Of a DNA stretch of 58,728 nt, positions 38,320 through 46,593 are shown in pieces. Under the pieces are notes generated by a model. The model saw only the letters and a list, made by a program, of their open reading frames with translations. It searched no databases and was not told the DNA's origin. Position numbers and translations under genes: made by a program. Every line of letters begins with the position of its first letter. Within the stretch, counting starts at the first letter, position 1. Source of the stretch: Armatimonadota bacterium (lineage in GTDB: Bacteria; Armatimonadota; Fimbriimonadia; Fimbriimonadales; GBS-DC); NCBI GenBank assembly GCA_037445735.1, contig JBBIJY010000019.1, positions 1 to 58,728 on the forward strand. Direction: 5' to 3'.

Positions 38320-41300
38320 TTATCGCCCGCGCTGTGCCCAGCGACGCCTCCACTCGTCGATCTTCATCAACGCCTCCACCGGCGTCAGCGTGGCAGGGTC
38401 TAACTGGCGCAACTCCTCAATCAGGGGATGCTCCTCACCCTCGAACAGAGTGAGCTGAATCTTGCGGGTGCGGATGGTGGGCGCCTCTTCTGAAGGCGGC
38501 GCCAGCGACGCCTGCACGCCACGCCGCTCAAACTCGCGCAGAATCTGCTCGGAGCGCTCAATCACCTCCGGCGGCACGCCCGCCATCCGCGCCACATGAA
38601 TGCCGTAGCTCCGATCGGTGCCGCCAGGCAACACCTTGTGCAGCCAGATGATTCGGTCGCCCTGCTCCTTGACCGCCACACGGAAGTTCGCCACGCCCTC
38701 CAGCCGATTCGCCAGCTCGTTCAGGTAGTGATAGTGCGTGGCGAACAGCACCTTGCAGCCAATCGCATGCAGGTACTCGGCGACCGCCCACGCGATAGCC
38801 AGCCCATCATAAGTGCTAGTGCCGCGCCCAATCTCATCTAAAATCACCAGACTGCGAGGCGAGGCGTTGTTCAGAATGTTCGCCGTCTCAATCATCTCCA
38901 CCATGAAGGTGGACTGCCCCGTTGCCAGCTCGTCGCGGGCGCCCACGCGCGTGAAGATGCGATCCACCAGCCCGATCTCCGCCCTGTCCGCAGGCACAAA
39001 ACTGCCGATATGCGCCATCAACACAATCAATGCGTTCTGGCGAATGTAGGTCGAGTTGTGGCTTACAAACCCCTGTGCAATGTAGTGATGATCCGGCTCC
39101 ACACAAAGGTCATACACCTCGGCACATCCATGAACAATTTCAACTATATAATCATAAGTCTGGCGCAGCGCGGATTCCAGATAGGGTATTCCCCCGACAT
39201 TGGGAAAACGCTGTGAGGAGGCATTTTCGCGACGCACCTGCTTTCTCGGCAGCTTGAAGCCGATGAGTTGATGAAAGAGGATGGCATTCTCACCATAGAT
39301 GGCGATTTCATAGTAAGGTTTGCCCCGGATTATTTTTGTACGTCGTGAGGCGATAATGCCGAAGTTCAGCAAAAGCAGGTGAACTTCTCGTGCCAGTTGT
39401 TCCGATGCCGTGTTGAGGAAAACATTGCCATACTTGGCGCTCGCATAGCCATCGGTGTCGAACAGTCCCTGCAGGAAGGCGACCACGCACTCGCGCGGCG
39501 CCTGCAAAATAGGGTCAGGCACACGCTTCCGCTCGGCGCTTACATAATCCAGCCCATTTCGAGCCAGCCACTGGCGAATCTGCAGACTGGTAATCACAAA
39601 ATCTTTGCCGCTGGCTTTGCGGCAGGGGCGATAGCCAAACAGCTCTTCGGACAATCGGCAAAACTCCTCTATCAGGAAGGGGTCTTTGTTAGAGAAGTTG
39701 ATGGCGTATCTGTAAGTGAGCGTGCCATCACCAACCAGCAGTCCAAGCCAGTAAGCCAGTGTGGGGGTCAGCTCGCGCGGCAGGCTGTAGCACTTCGTAT
39801 TATGGTGGTACTCATTGTCAACAGTTGCCAGCTCGGTTCGGTTGCCCCACCGCTCGAAGCCGCGCGCGATGGCGACGCAATCGCCCGTTTTGAGTTCGCC
39901 CAGTTGCGCCCAGCCCTCACTGCCGTCGGGACGGCGAACCCAGACCCTGTGTTCAGGCGTGCCTTCCAGCGTGTAACCCAGCCGCGTTGTGATTCGAATC
40001 GTTGGCTGCTGACCGCCATGATAGAAGTGAGTCGCGCGTTGCACACCCTGCGGAGTCTGCACCTCCGCCTCGATGGGTGTGAACGCGCCGGCGCGAGCGT
40101 CAGCGGGCATCAGCGCCCGCAGGGGCAAAACGCCTCGCGTGGTGAAAATCAGGGTATCCCCCACCAGGCACTTACCACTCATATTCGGTCCCGTCAGGAT
40201 AATCAGTCGCTGGTTGGGGGTCAGTTCGCAGTCGTTGGGCACGAAGGGGTTCTCGTTGTAGCGCTCGACGACAGGGTGGCGACCGCCGATAATGCGCAGG
40301 CGGTCCTCAGTGTCGACCAGTGGTCGGGTGTAGCGGTAGCGCACGGCGTTCTCGGCGAGGGCGCACAGCACATCGAGTTCCGCCAGCGCGCGTGCCAGCG
40401 ACTGGATGGCGGGCGCGTTGCGGGCGACCTCATCCCGAACGCGGCAGAAGAGTTCGTACTCCAGCGCGTTCATGCGCTCTTCCGCGCCCAGCAGGATGGC
40501 TTCCTGCTCCTTCAGCTCTGGCGTGATGAATCGCTCCGCCTGCGTGGTGGTCTGCTTGCGGATATAGTGGGAGGGCACCTTGTTCAGATGGGGTCTGGAC
40601 ACCTCGATGTAGTAGCCGAACACGGCGTTATAGCCCACTTTCAGGCTGGGGATGCCCGTGCGCTGGCGTTCCTGCGCTTCCAGCTGGGCGATCCAGTTGC
40701 GCCCTTCGGTGCGCACCTGTCGGAGCCTGTCCAGTTCGGGGTCGAAGCCGTCGCGAATGATGCCGCCCGTTTGCAGATTGGTGGGCGGGTCGTCCACGAG
40801 GGCGCGTTCCAGCAGGGTGCGCAGTTCGTCCATCGGCGCGAGGCGCGGCGCCAGATTCGTCAGCAGTGTGGGCACGCTCGCCAGCTCGCTCAACAGGCTC
40901 TGCAGCTCCGTGTAGAGGGCGGGCAGCTCCTGCAGCGAGCTTCGGAGGGCGACCAGATCGCGCGCGTTGGCTGTGCCCGTGCTGGCGCGAGCAATCAGCC
41001 GTTCGAGGTCTGCTATTCGGCGCAACCGCTCGCGCAGCGCCTCCCGATGAAGGTTGTGATGGGTCAGACACTCAATCGCGTCGAGGCGGGCATTAATCGC
41101 GTCCACATTCAGCAGCGGCTCATCTAGCCAGCGTTTGAGCAGCCGTGCGCCCATCGGCGTGCGCGTGCTATCCAGCACGCTCAACAAGGTGTAGCGGCGC
41201 GAGCCGTCTATCAGATTCTGCGTGATCTCCAGATGGCGCCGCGCGACCGAATCGAGGTACATGAACTGCTCCACCGAATAGGTGGCGAGCGTGCGAATAT

Positions 41301-42084
41301 GTTGCAGGGTCTGGAACTGGTTCTGTTGCAGGTAGCGCAGCACGAGGGCGGCGGCGTCCAGCCCGCGCGTGTACCCTTCACAGCCGAAGCCTCGCAGGCT
41401 CTCCACCCCAAAGTGATGGAGCAGAATCTGGCGCGCGTCCCGACCAATCAGCTCCTCCAGCCGAGCGGGCGTAATCGTCGCGCTGGTCTGCTCGCGCAGC
41501 GTCTGGATCAGCTCCGTCTGGTCTTCCGGCACCAGAATCTCGGCAGGTTCCAGCCGGAAGATTTCGTCCAGCAGCTTTTCGAAGCGGTGTTCGCCGCCGA
41601 TTTCGGTGGTGAGGAACTCGCCGGTGGACACATCGACCACGCCCAGCCCATGCACAGGTTCGCCGATGACCGCCGCCACCAGATAGTTGTTGGCGGTCGA
41701 TTCCAGCATGGAGTCTTCCACGACGGTGCCGGGCGTCAGGATGCGCGTCACGCGCCGTTTGACCAGCCCTTTGGCGAGTTTGGGGTCTTCGACCTGATCG
41801 CAGATGGCGACGCGGTAGCCCTTTTGCACCAGTCGGGCGAAGTAGCGTTCATAGGAGTGGATAGGCACGCCTGCCATCGGGATACGCCCGTTGCTGCCGT
41901 CCTCGCGCCCTGTCAACACAATCTCCAGCTCGCGGGCGACCAGCTCCGCGTCGGGTCCGTAAAACTCATAGAAGTCGCCCACCTGCATCGCCAGCAACAC
42001 TTCGGGATGCTGCGCCTTCACCCGAAAGTATTGCTGTAAAATCGGCGTCTGCGGCTTAAAGGTCTGCCAGTCGATTGCCGCCAT
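38320..42084 (-). CDS. mutS: DNA mismatch repair protein MutS, intein-containing
   Basis: 'GDFYEF', 'IPMAGVP', 'GPNMSGK/STYIRQ', 'GQSTFMVEM', 'DEIGRGTST', 'SYGIHVA'; 882 aa after intein removal. Confidence 0.96.
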   Translation of the reverse strand: MAAIDWQTFKPQTPILQQYFRVKAQHPEVLLAMQVGDFYEFYGPDAELVARELEIVLTGREDGSNGRIPMAGVPIHSYERYFARLVQKGYRVAICDQVEDPKLAKGLVKRRVTRILTPGTVVEDSMLESTANNYLVAAVIGEPVHGLGVVDVSTGEFLTTEIGGEHRFEKLLDEIFRLEPAEILVPEDQTELIQTLREQTSATITPARLEELIGRDARQILLHHFGVESLRGFGCEGYTRGLDAAALVLRYLQQNQFQTLQHIRTLATYSVEQFMYLDSVARRHLEITQNLIDGSRRYTLLSVLDSTRTPMGARLLKRWLDEPLLNVDAINARLDAIECLTHHNLHREALRERLRRIADLERLIARASTGTANARDLVALRSSLQELPALYTELQSLLSELASVPTLLTNLAPRLAPMDELRTLLERALVDDPPTNLQTGGIIRDGFDPELDRLRQVRTEGRNWIAQLEAQERQRTGIPSLKVGYNAVFGYYIEVSRPHLNKVPSHYIRKQTTTQAERFITPELKEQEAILLGAEERMNALEYELFCRVRDEVARNAPAIQSLARALAELDVLCALAENAVRYRYTRPLVDTEDRLRIIGGRHPVVERYNENPFVPNDCELTPNQRLIILTGPNMSGKCLVGDTLIFTTRGVLPLRALMPADARAGAFTPIEAEVQTPQGVQRATHFYHGGQQPTIRITTRLGYTLEGTPEHRVWVRRPDGSEGWAQLGELKTGDCVAIARGFERWGNRTELATVDNEYHHNTKCYSLPRELTPTLAYWLGLLVGDGTLTYRYAINFSNKDPFLIEEFCRLSEELFGYRPCRKASGKDFVITSLQIRQWLARNGLDYVSAERKRVPDPILQAPRECVVAFLQGLFDTDGYASAKYGNVFLNTASEQLAREVHLLLLNFGIIASRRTKIIRGKPYYEIAIYGENAILFHQLIGFKLPRKQVRRENASSQRFPNVGGIPYLESALRQTYDYIVEIVHGCAEVYDLCVEPDHHYIAQGFVSHNSTYIRQNALIVLMAHIGSFVPADRAEIGLVDRIFTRVGARDELATGQSTFMVEMIETANILNNASPRSLVILDEIGRGTSTYDGLAIAWAVAEYLHAIGCKVLFATHYHYLNELANRLEGVANFRVAVKEQGDRIIWLHKVLPGGTDRSYGIHVARMAGVPPEVIERSEQILREFERRGVQASLAPPSEEAPTIRTRKIQLTLFEGEEHPLIEELRQLDPATLTPVEALMKIDEWRRRWAQRGR
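39055..40170 (-). mobile_element. Intein (372 aa) with LAGLIDADG homing endonuclease
   Basis: Begins 'CLVGDT', has block B 'TPEHRV', LAGLIDADG motifs 'WLGLLVGDG' and 'FLQGLFDTDG', block F 'VYDLCV', and ends 'VSHN' before Ser+1. Confidence 0.93.
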
Positions 42085-42110
42085 CCTCGCAGGAGATTAT
42101 ACCCGCAGGG

Positions 42111-42214
42111 TAGAAATAAGAGCGGGGTCCCGATGGGAGGGACATCGGGACCCCCTGTGAGAGGGAGGGAGGTGCACAGGACGCAAGCTGCATAAGCCGA
42201 AAACGCTTTTGCAC
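42111..42214 (-). ncRNA. Candidate sigma54-dependent small RNA (~100 nt)
   Basis: Lies between a consensus -24/-12 promoter and an intrinsic terminator. It has a 5' stem GUGCA/UGCAC, an unpaired CUCCCUCCCUCUCACA tract, and no credible ORF. Confidence 0.55.
42124..42154 (-). terminator. Terminator hairpin with UCCCUCC loop
   Basis: GGGGTCCCGATG-TCCCTCC-CATCGGGACCCC then GCTCTTATTTCT on the minus strand. Confidence 0.7.
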
Positions 42215-42224
42215 TTCAGCATGG

Positions 42225-42241
42225 AGCAACTTTCGTGCCAA
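42225..42241 (-). promoter_or_regulatory. sigma54 (RpoN) -24/-12 promoter
   Basis: TTGGCACGAAAGTTGCT is a full match to YTGGCACG-N4-TTGCW (GG-N10-GC). Confidence 0.75.
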
Positions 42242-42356
42242 ACGGTGGAGGGAGAAGGAGCCGCCTGAACGACCCGGTGGCTACGGGTGTGGAGAGCGAG
42301 CAGGAGATGCTGCGCCGTCGCTGCAAGCAAGGTATAACCTGACTGGAGGTGTGGTG

Positions 42357-43994
42357 ATGAGCGATGGCTATGTGATAGGTGTCGATGTGGGCACGGCGAG
42401 CGTGCGGGCAGGGCTGTTCGACCTCGCGGGCAATCGGCTGGCAATCGCGACCGAACCCATCCAGATTCATCGCCCGAAGCCCGACTACGCCGAGCAGTCA
42501 TCGGAAGACATCTGGCGGGCGGTGGGCGTGGTGGTGCGTCAGGTGGTGCAGGAGGCAGGCATCCCGCCCGAATCGGTCATCGGCATCGGCTTCGATGCGA
42601 CCTGCTCGCTGGTGGTGCTGGATCGTGCCGATCAGCCGCTGAGCATCTCGCCCACAGGCGACCCGCGCTGGAACATCATTATGTGGATGGACCATCGCGC
42701 CACACGCGAAGCCGACGAGATCAACGCGGGGGGCTATGAAGTGTTGCGCTATGTGGGAGGCATCATCTCGCCCGAAATGGAGACGCCCAAGCTGCTGTGG
42801 CTCAAGCGTCATCTGCCCGCCGTGTTCGAAACCGCAGGGAAGTTTTTCGACCTTGCCGACTTTCTGGTCTACCGCAGCACGGGCAACAATATCCGCAGCG
42901 TCTGCACCAAGGTGTGCAAATGGACCTATCTGGCGCACGAGTCGCGCTGGGACGAGTCGTACCTGCGGGCGCTGGGCATCGAGTCGATTCTGGAGGGTGG
43001 CAGGGCGGGCGAGGCGATTCGTCCGCTGGGCGAATCGGCGGGGCGGCTGACGCCCGACGCCGCGCGTCATCTGGGTCTGACCGAGCGCACGCAGGTGGCG
43101 GTCGGCATCATCGACGCGCATGCGGGCACGCTGGGGCTTTTGGGCGCAGTATGGAGCGGGCAGGCGCATCCCGATCTGGCACAGCTGGAGCGGGCGATGG
43201 CGCTGATCGGGGGCACCTCCTCGTGCCTGATGGCGCTCTCGCGCGAGCCGCGCTTCACACCCGGCGTGTGGGGTCCCTACTACGGCGCGGTGCTACCGAA
43301 CATGTGGATGAACGAGGGCGGTCAATCGGCAGCGGGCGCCCTCATCGACTACACACTCCAGCACCATGTGCATTATGCCACGCTGGAGGCGACGGCGCAG
43401 AAGGAGGGTATCAGCGTCTACGAAGCTGCCAATCGGATTATCGATAAGTTGAGCGCAGAGCTACCCTATCCGGCGCTGCTTACGCGAATGCTGCATGTCT
43501 ATCCCGACCATTACGGCAACCGCAGCCCGTACGGCGACCCGCATTCGCGCGGGATTGTGGACGGCTTGACACTGGACATCAGCCCCGAATCGCTGGCGCT
43601 GCTCTACTATGCGACGCTGCAGGCGCTCGCATACAACATTCGCGATGTGTTGCGCGTGCTTTCGGACGCCGGCTATCAGATCGACCAGATTTATGCGACG
43701 GGCGGCAGTGTAAAGAACCGCTACTGGCTGCAGGAGCATGCGGACGCGACAGGCTGCCGCGTGATTATCAATCGCGAGCCGGAGGCGGTGCTGCTGGGCG
43801 GGGCGATTCTGGGCGCGGTGGCGGCGGGCGCGTACCCCGATCTGCCCCACGCGATGCACGCGATGAGCCAGCCGGAGCGCGTGATTGAGCCGAACCCTGC
43901 CACTGCCGACTATCACGCCACGCGCTTCGAAATCTTTCGTGAGATGTATCAGCAGCATCGGGAGCGGCGGCGTCGGATGGCACGGTTCACCTGA
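42357..43994 (+). CDS. FGGY family carbohydrate (pentulose/ribulose) kinase
   Basis: 'IGVDVGTASVRA', 'GFDATCSLV', 'WMDHRA', 'SPEMETPKLLWLK', 'GTSSC', 'EGGQSAAG'. Confidence 0.9.
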   Translation: MSDGYVIGVDVGTASVRAGLFDLAGNRLAIATEPIQIHRPKPDYAEQSSEDIWRAVGVVVRQVVQEAGIPPESVIGIGFDATCSLVVLDRADQPLSISPTGDPRWNIIMWMDHRATREADEINAGGYEVLRYVGGIISPEMETPKLLWLKRHLPAVFETAGKFFDLADFLVYRSTGNNIRSVCTKVCKWTYLAHESRWDESYLRALGIESILEGGRAGEAIRPLGESAGRLTPDAARHLGLTERTQVAVGIIDAHAGTLGLLGAVWSGQAHPDLAQLERAMALIGGTSSCLMALSREPRFTPGVWGPYYGAVLPNMWMNEGGQSAAGALIDYTLQHHVHYATLEATAQKEGISVYEAANRIIDKLSAELPYPALLTRMLHVYPDHYGNRSPYGDPHSRGIVDGLTLDISPESLALLYYATLQALAYNIRDVLRVLSDAGYQIDQIYATGGSVKNRYWLQEHADATGCRVIINREPEAVLLGGAILGAVAAGAYPDLPHAMHAMSQPERVIEPNPATADYHATRFEIFREMYQQHRERRRRMARFT

Positions 43995-44808
43995 ACACCA
44001 CACGCAGGGTGTCGGCGATATGGCGCAGCCCCAGCTCGGGGAAGATGCGATAGCCGCTCACCTCCGCCGTGATGTAGCCCGTATAGCCCACCGATTCGAG
44101 CGCGGCGCGCACCTCCAGCCACGGCACATCGCCCTGCAACGGGTTCGTGAAGCCCTGAATGTTGCCGATGTCGGTGCGGAAATCTTTCACATGCACGCGC
44201 CGAATACGCCGACCCAGAATGCGGATCCATTGCTGCGGGTAGCCGAATGCCAGCACATTGCCCGCGTCGAAGTAGGCGCCGACCCACTCGCTGCCGATTT
44301 CGTCGATGAAGCGTGCCATCTCCAGCGGGCTGAGCAGGAAGCGGTTCCACACATTCTCGACAGCGATTGCCACGCGCCGTCGCTCGGCTTCAGATGCAAG
44401 CGTTTTGAGAGCCTCCTGGGCGCGGCTGTAGGCGACATCGTAGGGCACATCGGGCGTCACGACACCCGGCACCACCAGAATCGCATCCACGCCGAGCGCG
44501 CTCGCCAGCCGCAACTGCTGGCGACACAGCTCGATCGCCTGCTCGCGGATGCTGGCGTCGGGATGAGTGAAGGGCGTGCTCCAGTAGACGCCTGTGGAGA
44601 GCGAGCTCAGCTCGATGCCGATCTCCTCTGCCATCTGGCGGATGGCGCGGGCGTCGGCGTCGCTCGTCTGCGGATTAAGGGCGCCCTGCAGCTCCATGTT
44701 GAACTCAATCGCGTCGAAGCCCGATTCTTTGGCTGCCCGCAGGCAGGTGCGCACATCCCAGTTGCCAGGCAGCGTCCACCGATTGATGCCGATTTTGAAG
44801 CTTGCCAT
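43987..44808 (-). CDS. Sugar phosphate isomerase/epimerase (xylose isomerase-like TIM barrel)
   Basis: 'GFDAIE', 'AVENVWNRFLLSP', 'YFDAGN', 'VHVKD', 'GYITAE'. Confidence 0.88.
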   Translation of the reverse strand: MASFKIGINRWTLPGNWDVRTCLRAAKESGFDAIEFNMELQGALNPQTSDADARAIRQMAEEIGIELSSLSTGVYWSTPFTHPDASIREQAIELCRQQLRLASALGVDAILVVPGVVTPDVPYDVAYSRAQEALKTLASEAERRRVAIAVENVWNRFLLSPLEMARFIDEIGSEWVGAYFDAGNVLAFGYPQQWIRILGRRIRRVHVKDFRTDIGNIQGFTNPLQGDVPWLEVRAALESVGYTGYITAEVSGYRIFPELGLRHIADTLRVVFR

Positions 44809-44824
44809 GCTGCTTAGTTTACTC

Positions 44825-44852
44825 AAAAAAATAGGGCTCGCCGAGCGAGCCC
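44825..44852 (-). terminator. Rho-independent terminator
   Basis: GGGCTCGC-TCG-GCGAGCCC-TA-TTTTTTT on the minus strand. Confidence 0.85.
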
Positions 44853-44941
44853 CTGGCAGAGATGCTCTCTGGTTGAGAGCAGGACGACCCTTGCACCTCT
44901 CTTAGACGACGCATCTCTGCCCGTGTTCTGCTTTTCTGGCT

Positions 44942-45304
44942 TTACATGCCGACATCGCCCGCGCCGCGTCCGCGCAGCCCGCGCCCTGTGCTGAGGTCCT
45001 CCTCTTCACCGGAGCCACCGCGTCCGGGTGCGCTGGGCGGCGCTGCGGCAGGCGGTGCGGCAGCGGGTGTGCTCGGTCCAAAGCCGCCCATGCCGGGTCC
45101 GCCGCCCATCGTGCCACCCATCTGGGGCGCAGCCGCTGCCGCCAGCGGGTTCTCGATGCTGCTGCGCACGCTCGCCAGATCGGGCTTCTGCACCGCAGGC
45201 AACGGGTCGGGCATCATGTTGTTGCTCAGGAAAAACAGCACGATCAGCACCACGATGCCCAGCGCGATCACGCCAATCGCCACCGCATCCACACCTTTTT
45301 GCAT
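44942..45304 (-). CDS. Hypothetical single-TM protein with Ala/Pro/Gly-rich tail
   Basis: GGAGGA RBS, upstream TATAAT, N-terminal TM helix. Confidence 0.7.
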   Translation of the reverse strand: MQKGVDAVAIGVIALGIVVLIVLFFLSNNMMPDPLPAVQKPDLASVRSSIENPLAAAAAPQMGGTMGGGPGMGGFGPSTPAAAPPAAAPPSAPGRGGSGEEEDLSTGRGLRGRGAGDVGM

Positions 45305-45366
45305 CGCTCTCGCTCCTCCAGCCGTCGATTATAGCATATCGGTTCGCGTCTCTGAACGCTCCTCCT

Positions 45367-45393
45367 GCAGGAATCGGGCAGCAGAAACGGAAT
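45367..45393 (+). promoter_or_regulatory. SigH-type promoter
   Basis: GCAGGA-N17-GAAT(45390-45393), 9 nt before ATG 45403. Confidence 0.6.
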
Positions 45394-45402
45394 CAACCCC
45401 TC

Positions 45403-46296
45403 ATGTTCTGGCAAGGTGAGCCGTCGCCGTACAATCTGGAGATTGGCGACCCTGCGCGACGCGCCCGACGCCTGAAAGTTCGCCCGAATGAGCTGATAGA
45501 GACCCTGCGTGGGCGCAGGATCACGCTCGCGCAGCTGGTGCAGGCGGTGGAGCCGCGCACCTTTTTGCTGATTGGCGAGGTTCACAGCGAAGCGAGCCAC
45601 CATCGCATGCAAGCCGCGGTGATTGAGACGCTGGTGCAGGCAGGACGCTCCGTGATTGTCGGCATGGAGATGTTCGACCGCACCAAACAGCACCCGCTGA
45701 ACCTCTGGACGCTCAATCGGCTGAGCGAGTCGGAGTTCATCGAGCAGAGCGAGTGGCAGCGTCAGTGGGGGTTCGACTTCGCGCTCTATCGCCCGATTTT
45801 TGAGGTGGTGCGTCGCTATCGGCTGCGATTGGTTGCGCTGAATGTGCCGCGCGCGCTGGTGCGCCAGGTCGCGCTCAAAGGCTGGGCGTCAATCCCCGAA
45901 TCGGAGCGCATGGGGCTCGCACCACTGGATTTGAGCCAGCGCGACCATCGCCAGCTGTTTAATACGCTGATGAGCGGTCATCCGGGCACGGAGCATGCGG
46001 GGCATGAGGGGCACAGTGACCCCGCGCATGAACGGTTCTATGAGGCGCAGGTGCTGTGGGACACGGCGATGGCGCAGAGCGCGCTCCACTACCTGCAGCG
46101 CACCGTGCCCTCACCACGCCTGATCTTCGTGATCCTGGCAGGGAACGGGCATGTGATGTACGATGTGGGCATCGCCCTGCGCCTGCGCCAGCAGACGAAC
46201 CTGCCCACTGCCACGCTGGTGTGCCTGCCGCCCAGCCCGACGCCCGTGGAGATTCGCGCCTCGTTAGCCGATTTCGTCTGGCTGCCAGCGGAATAG
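45403..46296 (+). CDS. ChaN family (heme-uptake / TraB-like) protein
   Basis: 'LIGEVH', 'HHRMQ', 'GMEMFD', 'YRPIF', 'ALNVP', 'AQVLWDTAMA', 'AGNGH'. Confidence 0.8.
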   Translation: MFWQGEPSPYNLEIGDPARRARRLKVRPNELIETLRGRRITLAQLVQAVEPRTFLLIGEVHSEASHHRMQAAVIETLVQAGRSVIVGMEMFDRTKQHPLNLWTLNRLSESEFIEQSEWQRQWGFDFALYRPIFEVVRRYRLRLVALNVPRALVRQVALKGWASIPESERMGLAPLDLSQRDHRQLFNTLMSGHPGTEHAGHEGHSDPAHERFYEAQVLWDTAMAQSALHYLQRTVPSPRLIFVILAGNGHVMYDVGIALRLRQQTNLPTATLVCLPPSPTPVEIRASLADFVWLPAE

Positions 46297-46352
46297 CCGC
46301 GTGCAACGGGCGCCAGAAGGGGGTATAATCGAGGCGCGAAGGAGGTTGACCT

Positions 46353-46592
46353 ATGCCCTATGTGATCTGCGAGCCGTGCATCGGCGTTAAAGATAAGTCC
46401 TGTGTGGCGGTCTGCCCCGTCGACTGCATCTATGAGGGGGAAGACCAGCTGTATATTCATCCGGACGAGTGTATCGATTGCGGGCTTTGCGAGCCGGAGT
46501 GCCCTGTGAACGCGATTTATGCGGATACGGAAGTGCCGCCCGAGTGGCGCCATTATATTGAGAAGAACGCAAACTTTTTCAAAGGCAAATAG
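46353..46592 (+). CDS. Dicluster ferredoxin (FdxA-type)
   Basis: '[18 protein letters not shown]', '[16 protein letters not shown]'; AGGAGG RBS; TATAAT. Confidence 0.95.
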   Translation: MPYVICEPCIGVKDKSCVAVCPVDCIYEGEDQLYIHPDECIDCGLCEPECPVNAIYADTEVPPEWRHYIEKNANFFKGK

Positions 46593-46593
46593 T

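Noticed and set aside
44870-44910. AAGAGAGGUG on the minus strand recalls the SAM-I riboswitch 5' core
   Set aside because: The remaining SAM-I motifs (AUC, GCAACC, GUGC) and length are missing, and the downstream gene is unrelated
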